DNA of 5,231 nt from NCBI GenBank assembly GCA_028713935.1, contig JAQTNI010000058.1, positions 1 to 5,231 on the forward strand. Direction: 5' to 3'. The translations under genes were made by a program, and so were the position numbers. The notes under the pieces were generated by a model. It saw only the letters and a program-made list of their open reading frames with translations. It made no database searches and was not told where the DNA came from. The DNA is from Candidatus Iainarchaeum sp. (GTDB lineage Archaea > Iainarchaeota > Iainarchaeia > Iainarchaeales > GCA-2688035). Of the stretch, positions 1 to 5,122 are shown one piece after another; the first letter of the stretch is position 1, and each line of letters opens with the position of its first letter.

Positions 1-519
1 CACTTCAATGGTTTTTTGCACCAATTCGACAAGGGGCTTTAGCCATGGCGCCTTGATTGATTTTGCAGCTTGCTCGCCTTCAAGCGCAATCTGCTGAAAG
101 CCTTTCTGCAGGCTGCCGTATTCCGAAGAAAGAGGCTCTGCAACAGCATCCCATGTTTCGTCAAAAGGCTTTTTCACCTGTTCAGCCAAAATTTCAAGAA
201 GCCTTTTTGATCTCCTGAATTGTTTCCATTCCTCTAGCCTTGCCCTTTGCGCCTGAGTTGAAACCTTTGTAAAGCTGAGGTCAATCTGGTCTTTCTGCTG
301 GTTAATTGCAAGCACAAGTGCCGCCCTTACCTGGCCTTCTTTCACAAAATTCCTTATGTTCTTAATCCATCCGCTTGAAACCTGGGAAATATGCACAAAA
401 CCCTTTGTGCCAGTGTAGTCAAGCAGTTCAACAAAAACCCCGTAATCAAGAACCTTGTTTATTTTGCAGACTATCACTTCGCCGGGGCTTGGCATTTCAA
501 TGTTCCTAGAATCCAGCAT
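1..519 (-). CDS. eif2a: Translation initiation factor aIF-2 alpha subunit (N-terminal S1/OB domain plus helical domain; 3' end lies beyond the left window edge)
   Basis: The minus-strand frame is open from 519 to position 1. It is absent from the ORF track because no stop falls inside the window. My translation is MLDSRNIEMPSPGEVIVCKINKVLDYGVFVELLDYTGTKGFVHISQVSSGWIKNIRNFVKEGQVRAALVLAINQQKDQIDLSFTKVSTQAQRARLEEWKQF... This is the classic a/eIF2-alpha S1 signature (HISxVSSxWxKNIR). The N-terminus resembles crenarchaeal aIF2a (M-x2-SR...PSxGE). An alternative in-frame ATG sits at 495. The gene lies 19 nt downstream of rps27e, which is the conserved archaeal order. Confidence 0.9.
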   Translation of the reverse strand, partial: MLDSRNIEMPSPGEVIVCKINKVLDYGVFVELLDYTGTKGFVHISQVSSGWIKNIRNFVKEGQVRAALVLAINQQKDQIDLSFTKVSTQAQRARLEEWKQFRRSKRLLEILAEQVKKPFDETWDAVAEPLSSEYGSLQKGFQQIALEGEQAAKSIKAPWLKPLVELVQKTIEV

Positions 520-538
520 TTTCAACACTCTGCAAAGA

Positions 539-730
539 TCATTCCAGCTCTTTCACGATTTTGGCTATCGGCCTTATTTTGCCGCCAGTGCTTTCAGCAA
601 GGGTCTGGTTGCATGCAAGGCATTTCACTGTTGAAGCGGGAGCGCTGAAAACTATCTGCTCATTGCCGCAGCCATTGCATTTTATCTTCAAGAATTTTGT
701 CCTAGGCATTGGAATCAATTTTTTATCCAT
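539..730 (-). CDS. rps27e: 30S ribosomal protein S27e
   Basis: 63-aa ORF with a C-x2-C-x15-C-x2-C zinc ribbon (CNGC...CLAC; C18, C21, C37, C40). Size and sequence ([21 protein letters not shown]) are typical of archaeal S27e. It sits directly upstream of aIF2-alpha. Confidence 0.95.
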   Translation of the reverse strand: MDKKLIPMPRTKFLKIKCNGCGNEQIVFSAPASTVKCLACNQTLAESTGGKIRPIAKIVKELE

Positions 731-736
731 AAAAAA

Positions 737-742
737 ACCTCT
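737..742 (-). promoter_or_regulatory. Shine-Dalgarno-like AGAGGT upstream of rps27e
   Basis: The minus strand reads cAGAGGTtttttt-ATG. The spacing from the motif to the ATG at 730 is 6 nt. The motif is complementary to the archaeal 16S 3' end (..CACCUCCU). Confidence 0.5.
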
Positions 743-752
743 GTTTAAGTTG

Positions 753-786
753 GTTATTAATTTCTTTTTTGGAATAATTATTAAAC
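753..786 (-). promoter_or_regulatory. Two TATA-like A/T boxes upstream of rps27e
   Basis: The minus strand reads GTTTAATAATTATT (773-786) and GAAATTAATAAC (753-764). The distal box would give a leader of about 25 nt that contains the SD. This is sequence resemblance only. Confidence 0.3.
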
Positions 787-800
787 ACAGGGGATTGGGC

Positions 801-1349
801 TTATTCCGCTTTCTGCGCGAGCTTTCTCGCGAGCAGGAGAGAAGCGATTTTTTCGGGCACTTCTATTACAGAGCCTTTTTCAAAAGGCCCGTATTCCTTC
901 ATGTCTGCTCCGACAAAAGAAGGGACATTGTCCAGAATTGAAACCCTGTTTAACTCAAGGTCTCTTGCCGTTGTTTCCTGTTCAACGGAAAAAATATCTT
1001 CAAGAAAAGAGCTGTGCCTTTTCAGGATTAGCAGCAGTTCCCTGAATGTTTTTTTTTCCTGGGTCGACATTTTGTCCTCAACTGTATCCCCTGTCCTATT
1101 TGAAACAAGCGCAAGGTTCAACAGTTTTTTTTCGCGCATTGAAAAAATTTCTTCAATCATTTTTTTGAGGTTTGCAAAATCCCTTGCCTTCACAGTTGAA
1201 AGGGTTTTCAGGCTTTTCAAGTACTGCTCTTTCTGCTGCTTGACAAATTCAGCAAGGGAATCAAAAAAATCCTCGTCAGCTTCAGCAAGCCGCGGATTGT
1301 TTTTTTCCGCCCTGTAAATCCGCCTTATTTCATCGTAAGAAACCTGCAT
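801..1349 (-). CDS. gins51: GINS complex subunit Gins51 (Gins15)
   Basis: 182 aa. It has a helical N-terminal A-domain and a C-terminal B-domain carrying the characteristic [43 protein letters not shown] motif. Its ATG (1347-1349) abuts the priS stop TAA (1350-1352). An SD-like GGTGGGG lies within the last priS codons (1353-1359). Adjacency of gins51 and priS is a well-known archaeal arrangement. Confidence 0.8.
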   Translation of the reverse strand: MQVSYDEIRRIYRAEKNNPRLAEADEDFFDSLAEFVKQQKEQYLKSLKTLSTVKARDFANLKKMIEEIFSMREKKLLNLALVSNRTGDTVEDKMSTQEKKTFRELLLILKRHSSFLEDIFSVEQETTARDLELNRVSILDNVPSFVGADMKEYGPFEKGSVIEVPEKIASLLLARKLAQKAE

Positions 1350-2567
1350 TTACCCCACCAGTCTGGCTGCCTGTTTAGCAACAAGGAAAACAGCCGCATT
1401 CAGGGGCAGTTCCGCTTCGGAATTCTGGAACGGCCCGAAAAACTTTCCCCCAATATTAAACCTTGGTGCCTTATTAATTAAAACCTTTGCTGTCCCCTCC
1501 TCAGAAAAAGCAAGGGCGTCATTAAAGGCATTGAATTTTTTTAATTCTTCCCAGGAAATTTTTTTTGCAACAAAGCCTGTCCCGCCATGAATCGTGTTTG
1601 GAACCCTGATTATTTTGTTAAGGTCGATTGAAGTCTGCCTGTCAATGTCCAGCCTTTTTTGCTCCACAACAAATTTTACAAGCGCAAGCCAGAATTCCCT
1701 GCTTTTTTTTGTAGGAAAAGGAAAAAGCATTCCTTTTTCAAACCCCTCCAAAATTTTTTGCTTTTTTTCCAGGAACTTTTTTGCATTGGAATCCCTGACT
1801 CCCGCAATTGCCGCGATTTTGTCGCTGGGCGCATTTTCAATCAGTTCTTTCAAGCCAAGCATTATTTTTTTGGGCCAGCCAAAAGCGCCCTGTTTTGGGC
1901 ATTCCAGTGCTTTTCCGCTTTCAAGAAAGCCAATTGCCTCCAAATCAAGGTTTGTTCCGGTAAGAAAATCAAGAAGCTCAATGCGCGCTGCCTGCGGCAA
2001 TTGCCTAATGTTTTTGCCGCGCAAGTGGAGGTGAAACCCTGCGGAGCCGGAAAAATTTATTGAAATTCCCTCTGTAAAAGAAAAATCTTCTTCAAGAAAT
2101 TCTTTTAATTCAAAAATTTGTTTTTTTGCCTCTCCAAGGCATTCTTCGCAGAACCATTGCTCAACTTTTACCGGAGTGCCGCATTCAGTGCACAATTCTA
2201 TTGCGCCTTTTCCCTTTGCATTGCACTTGGGGCAGGCCCAGGAATCATGGATTTGCTTGCAGGGAGTTTTTATGTCATCGGCGTCAAACTCGTAAACAAT
2301 ATCCCCTTCCAAAAAGCCCTTTGCCTCCATTGGCCTTGCGGAAGGCTGATTGTAAAGCGCTGTTGAATAAGAAACAAAAAAAGGAGTTTCTTTCTGCAAA
2401 AAAGAATTGAATTCAGAAAGCGAGGAAAACGAAAGATGCCTTTGTGTAATTTTCCTGCCAAATTCCCCAATCCCAAATTCTCTTTGCCCAGGCTCGGGCG
2501 GGTCTTCAACAAAATTTGCCTTGTAAAAGCCAGAAAAATGCTTTTTCAAAAAATCCTGTTCCTGCAT
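1350..2567 (-). CDS. priS: DNA primase small (catalytic) subunit PriS
   Basis: 405 aa carrying the AEP primase motifs. Motif I is DxD (YEFDADD; D95, D97). Motif II is SGSAGFHLHL (S173-L182). Motif III is IRVPNTIHGGTG, preceded by an acidic LDIDR. A Cys/His-rich zinc region lies between motifs I and II (C103-C143). Confidence 0.95.
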   Translation of the reverse strand: MQEQDFLKKHFSGFYKANFVEDPPEPGQREFGIGEFGRKITQRHLSFSSLSEFNSFLQKETPFFVSYSTALYNQPSARPMEAKGFLEGDIVYEFDADDIKTPCKQIHDSWACPKCNAKGKGAIELCTECGTPVKVEQWFCEECLGEAKKQIFELKEFLEEDFSFTEGISINFSGSAGFHLHLRGKNIRQLPQAARIELLDFLTGTNLDLEAIGFLESGKALECPKQGAFGWPKKIMLGLKELIENAPSDKIAAIAGVRDSNAKKFLEKKQKILEGFEKGMLFPFPTKKSREFWLALVKFVVEQKRLDIDRQTSIDLNKIIRVPNTIHGGTGFVAKKISWEELKKFNAFNDALAFSEEGTAKVLINKAPRFNIGGKFFGPFQNSEAELPLNAAVFLVAKQAARLVG

Positions 2568-2572
2568 AAAAA
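2542..2572. repeat. Direct repeat copy A, spanning the priS start codon and its 5 upstream nt
   Basis: The plus strand reads tttttcaaaaaatcctgttc-c-tgcataaaaa. The blocks 2542-2561 and 2563-2572 recur exactly at 2703-2722 and 2727-2736. Confidence 0.9.
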
Positions 2573-2614
2573 CCCCTGTTTATCAAAGATTAATGCTTCT
2601 TTTCTTTTGGCAAC

Positions 2615-2731
2615 CTACATTTTCTTTTCTCCATGCAAAGCAAGGCTTTGCGTGGCATCGCAAAACTTTTGTTTTGCAATGTGCAAAGAAAAGAAAAGGC
2701 GGTTTTTCAAAAAATCCTGTTCAGATTGCAT
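2615..2731 (-). pseudogene. 38-codon ORF starting in repeat copy B: a decayed duplicate of the priS 5' end, or an upstream leader ORF
   Basis: My translation is MQSEQDFLKNRLFFSLHIAKQKFCDATQSLALHGEKKM*. PriS begins MQEQDFLKKHFSGF. The ATG (2729-2731) lies 5 nt after the priL stop, preceded by GTGAT, which is SD-like. The ORF is below the track size cutoff. Confidence 0.3.
2631..2681. other. Two adjacent hairpin-forming inverted repeats in the priL-priS spacer
   Basis: Hairpin 1 pairs 2631-2640 (ccatgcaaag) with 2646-2655 (ctttgcgtgg). That gives 10 bp including one T-G pair, with loop caagg. Hairpin 2 pairs 2660-2666 (gcaaaac) with 2671-2677 (gttttgc), 7 bp with loop tttt. It extends by 3 more bp (2656-2658 with 2679-2681) across one mismatch. 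The structures are read directly from the sequence. Their function is unknown. Confidence 0.5.
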
Positions 2732-2736
2732 AAAAA
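2703..2736. repeat. Direct repeat copy B, immediately 3' of the priL stop codon
   Basis: The plus strand reads tttttcaaaaaatcctgttc-agat-tgcataaaaa. It is identical to copy A except that c is replaced by agat. Weaker similarity continues leftward to about 2683. Confidence 0.9.
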
Positions 2737-3762
2737 TCACTTCTGCTGAATGCTTTTTGCTTCAGCCTTTTTGTGTTTCAAAAATTGCCTTTCATAAAAC
2801 CCTGTTGGATGCTTGTTTCCGCATTCCGCATCAGGACAGAGGCCTGCTTCTTTTATTTTTGAACAGCTTGGCGCTGAAAGGCCTTGCTTCACAACCCTTT
2901 CAACCTGGTAGCGAGTCATTTTTTCGCTGAAATTCGGTGTCTTTGAAAACAATTGTATTATTTGCTCCGAAGGCATTCCAATTGAATTTAAGAAAGCAGC
3001 AATGTAAAACCTTGCATTGTGGGGAAGGTTTTTTCCTTCAAGCAAATCATTGTACATTTTTTGCATGCAGCTTGGAAAAAAATTCGGGTTTATTTTGCCT
3101 GAAAGCCTGAATTCAAAATCCTTTTTTTGCGAAACAACAAGCTGCTGCTGCAACTGTCTTGCAAAATCCTTCAGGTTTTTCGGGATTCCTTCAAGCGGAA
3201 CAGGCAGCGAGGAAAAAATGTGTGCAAAAACCATTTCCGAGACAAAAACAAAAAAAAGATGCTCCTGCAAAAAAACTTTTCCCCTTGAAACGCTCTGGTT
3301 CACAAGCTTCAGCGCTGGATGCTTGAAATGGATTTTCAAAAAGCTTTCAAGGGAAACAGAGGCAAAAAAATCCCTGCTTTTCAAAACCTCAAATTCAATT
3401 CCAAGCTGCGATGCGATTTCCAAAAGCGTTTCCTGCGGATGCTTTTCAAGGCCAATGTAATCCAAAAAGGATTTTGAAAACATGAGCGCAAATTTTTCAT
3501 TCAAAAAAGCGCTTTTTTGCAGCGAAACAAGGATTTTTGCAACCGGAAAAGCAAGGATTTCCTGGAGAAGAAGCGCACTTGAACTGGAAATTTCCTTCAA
3601 AAAATAAGGCTTGTTTTTTGCAGCGCTTAAAACCATTGCGCCTGCCCTTTCCAAAACCTCTTCAGGCAATTCTTCCAGAGAAAAATTGTTTTCGGAAAGG
3701 ATTTTTTTTGCAGAAGCAGTAAAGGGAAATCTCTGCGCAAACTGCAAATCTGAAACAAGCAT
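2737..3762 (-). CDS. priL: DNA primase large subunit PriL
   Basis: 341 aa. The C-terminal Fe-S domain signature is FFPSCMQKMYNDLLEGKNLPHNARFYIAAFLNSIGM...TRYQVERV...SAPSCSKIKEAGLCPDAEC. It supplies four Cys ligands (C232, C300, C309, C314). Confidence 0.95.
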   Translation of the reverse strand: MLVSDLQFAQRFPFTASAKKILSENNFSLEELPEEVLERAGAMVLSAAKNKPYFLKEISSSSALLLQEILAFPVAKILVSLQKSAFLNEKFALMFSKSFLDYIGLEKHPQETLLEIASQLGIEFEVLKSRDFFASVSLESFLKIHFKHPALKLVNQSVSRGKVFLQEHLFFVFVSEMVFAHIFSSLPVPLEGIPKNLKDFARQLQQQLVVSQKKDFEFRLSGKINPNFFPSCMQKMYNDLLEGKNLPHNARFYIAAFLNSIGMPSEQIIQLFSKTPNFSEKMTRYQVERVVKQGLSAPSCSKIKEAGLCPDAECGNKHPTGFYERQFLKHKKAEAKSIQQK

Positions 3763-3795
3763 ATTAAAAAAGTGGGTTAAAAAGAATAAAAAAGG
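3763..3795 (-). promoter_or_regulatory. T-rich tract: candidate TATA box for a leaderless priL transcript and/or oligo-T terminator for the upstream ORF
   Basis: The minus strand reads CCTTTTTTATTCTTTTTAACCCACTTTTTTAAT-ATG. TTTTTTATTC (3784-3793) is centred about 27 nt upstream of the priL ATG, with no SD in between. The T6, T5 and T6 runs fit archaeal termination signals. Confidence 0.4.
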
Positions 3796-3824
3796 ATGCA
3801 GTGCGGCTTGTTTCTTGGCATTAG

Positions 3825-4394
3825 TTATCTTGGCATTTTTCGGTGTGTTCTTCGCCCTAATCTTCCAAATATCTTGGTTTTGACTGGAAACTCTTTTGTT
3901 GTCGGTGCATGGCGCGGGGCAATTCTTTGAATTTCTTGTGCCCTGCTGGGGGAAAGATAACGGGAAGTCAATCGATTTAAGAGGGGCCTTGGCATTGAGC
4001 CAAAAGAATACGGGCTAAAGCAAATAGGCGAGCGTTTAAGGGTTATTTTTCCAAAGTGCGCGTGAGAAATAAAAATAAGATAATCAATGAGTGCTTCGTC
4101 AAAGTGTTGCCCTGTGGCCTGGTAAAATTCTTGAGCTTGTTTTCCTTTGTTTCCCTGAATATTTGCTATTTCCAAAGGATACCCTAAACGAAAATTCAGC
4201 CAGCCAACAGCCCGATTTTGGGAATCACGAAGCGACAAAGTTGGAATTATTACCACCGCGTCCTGAATTTGGGCCCCCTTGCTAAAATTAATGGAATACC
4301 CTCTTGGAAGCTTGTGGCTTGCGGCAAACAAAGTTTCAACAAATTTTTTCAGGAGCGCTAATTCTTCCGGGGAATTGGATTCAATTTGTGCCAT
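3825..4394 (-). CDS. Hypothetical protein, no family recognised
   Basis: 189-aa ORF with an ATG start. It is the only long open frame here on either strand. The first 120 or so residues look globular (alternating strand/helix-like segments such as DAVVIIPTLSL, AVGWLNFRLG, LEIANIQGNKGKQAQEFYQATGQHFDEALIDYLIFISHAH). The last 70 or so are Arg/Pro/Ser-rich with a basic end (GRLGRRTHRKMPR). Confidence 0.55.
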   Translation of the reverse strand: MAQIESNSPEELALLKKFVETLFAASHKLPRGYSINFSKGAQIQDAVVIIPTLSLRDSQNRAVGWLNFRLGYPLEIANIQGNKGKQAQEFYQATGQHFDEALIDYLIFISHAHFGKITLKRSPICFSPYSFGSMPRPLLNRLTSRYLSPSRAQEIQRIAPRHAPTTKEFPVKTKIFGRLGRRTHRKMPR

Positions 4395-4510
4395 AAATTC
4401 GTGTGTGAAAAGTTCTCTCGGGTCAGCCCTATATTGAAATACGCCCTGTCCACAAAAGCAACGATTTCTTTTTTTTGGCTTGCTGTTGTTATTGTGCCAC
4501 CTTCTTTCAT
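4358..4510 (-). CDS. Possible small ORF (50 aa), not in the supplied track
   Basis: My translation is MKEGGTITTASQKKEIVAFVDRAYFNIGLTRENFSHTNLWHKLNPIPRKN*. Its ATG (4508-4510) overlaps the protease stop TGA (4507-4509) as ATGA. It fills the otherwise empty 112-nt gap and runs 37 nt into the 189-aa ORF in another frame. It has no recognisable family. Confidence 0.25.
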   Translation of the reverse strand: MKEGGTITTASQKKEIVAFVDRAYFNIGLTRENFSHTNLWHKLNPIPRKN

Positions 4511-4920
4511 TCCCCTGTTCTTTTCAAGTATGCTGTTCTCTTATTTTCGTTGAAAGTTATTTCAAAGAATTGAAAAAAGCTTCTTCCAAATACAACTTCT
4601 GCATTTTCGCTTATTTCGTCAGGAACATTGCAGGGAAGTTCTCTCCTGAATGTCTGGTTTCCCTTGCCAAAAACAACGCCAATGCGAGATTCCCAAATTT
4701 TTAATTTTCCAAACCAGCTATCGGCTTCGCTTGGGTTTTTCAGTTCCAACTCCAGGGCATCAGCAATTTCCCTTGGAATAAAAATATCAATTGCCCCAGA
4801 ATCAAGAAGTGCCGAGGTTTGTATTGTGTTCCCTTTATAGTAAAGAAGCACTGGTATTTTTGGAAAAAATCTTGGCTTGTTCTGAAAAAGTTCCTTACGG
4901 TACTTAAAAGAAAGAGCCAT
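4507..4920 (-). CDS. Stand-alone retropepsin-like (clan AA) aspartyl protease
   Basis: 137 aa. The catalytic motif is a hydrophobic strand plus D-S-G-A (TSALLDSGAIDIFIP; codons at 4792-4803). The distal hydrophobic-hydrophobic-Gly motif is AEVVFGRSFFQFF. It is a single lobe the size of a retropepsin monomer. Confidence 0.85.
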   Translation of the reverse strand: MALSFKYRKELFQNKPRFFPKIPVLLYYKGNTIQTSALLDSGAIDIFIPREIADALELELKNPSEADSWFGKLKIWESRIGVVFGKGNQTFRRELPCNVPDEISENAEVVFGRSFFQFFEITFNENKRTAYLKRTGE

Positions 4921-4924
4921 TCGA

Positions 4925-5122
4925 CTACCAAATCAGAATTTCTTTTGAAGGCACTTTTGCAATAAAAGGAGTCTTGCCGGGATGCTTTTCTTTTGCCTGC
5001 TTAAGCAGTTCTTTAACATTTTTGCCATGGGCAACAACTGCACCTGCAATCATGGCAACCCATTCACCCGCATAAATAGACAAATCAATATTTGCATAAA
5101 TTTCATAAGTGTTTAGTGACAT
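4925..5122 (-). CDS. Small DUF5678-like protein, upstream partner of the protease
   Basis: MSLNTYEIYANIDLSIYAGEWVAMIAGAVVAHGKNVKELLKQAKEKHPGKTPFIAKVPSKEILIW. The core (Y-x-G-x-W-V-A ... G-x-V-V-A-x-G ... P-x-I-x-x-V-P) matches my recollection of the DUF5678 family. The track starts the ORF at GTG 5137 (70 aa). I prefer the in-frame ATG at 5122 because a TATA-like box lies only 10-19 nt from the GTG. The stop TAG (4925-4927) is 4 nt from the protease ATG. Confidence 0.7.
   Translation of the reverse strand: MSLNTYEIYANIDLSIYAGEWVAMIAGAVVAHGKNVKELLKQAKEKHPGKTPFIAKVPSKEILIW

Noticed and set aside
1049-1710. Frequent A/T homopolymer runs of 8-9 nt inside coding sequence (for example 1049-1057, 1125-1132, 1559-1566 and 1703-1710), considered as slippage or phase-variation tracts.
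   Set aside because: They encode Lys-Lys(-Lys) in frame in essential core genes. They are the expected by-product of an AT-rich, Lys-rich proteome. Nothing suggests on/off switching.
2270-2512. An 80-aa minus-strand ORF inside priS, and the similar 63-aa ORF at 4740-4931 inside the protease gene.
   Set aside because: Both are out-of-frame overlaps wholly or largely within genes that have strong family signatures. Their sequences are not protein-like.
2568-2736. The spacer considered as a C/D-box sRNA, tRNA or other known small RNA gene.
   Set aside because: I found no RUGAUGA/CUGA box pairs, no tRNA-like acceptor or T-arm (GGTTCRAATCC) pattern, and no other signature I can recognise by eye. 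It is kept only as an unexplained structured spacer.
3763-4014. The priL reading frame stays open for 84 codons upstream of its ATG, which could suggest an N-terminal extension or a fusion.
   Set aside because: There is no ATG, GTG or TTG in that stretch. The translation is not protein-like. It overlaps the 189-aa ORF in another frame. The ATG at 3762 has a TATA-like box at the expected leaderless distance.
4429-4440. ATTTCAATATAG on the minus strand, considered as a TATA box for the 189-aa ORF.
   Set aside because: It sits about 40 nt from the ATG, with no SD in the implied short leader. It also lies inside the candidate 50-codon ORF. The evidence is too weak to call a promoter.
391-4840. 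Many long plus-strand ORFs in the track: 391-648, 561-941, 901-1317, 1594-2034, 1659-2063, 2118-2366, 2126-2410, 2436-2930, 3017-3460, 3537-3722, 3611-3883, 4091-4285, 4480-4704 and 4628-4840.
   Set aside because: Each one lies antisense to a confidently identified minus-strand gene. Their translations are Phe/Leu/Ser/Cys-rich and low-complexity, as expected from reading Lys/Glu-rich AAA/GAA codons backwards. None has a recognisable motif or a convincing SD or TATA context. The hydrophobic C-terminus of 3611-3883 has no in-frame start outside priL.
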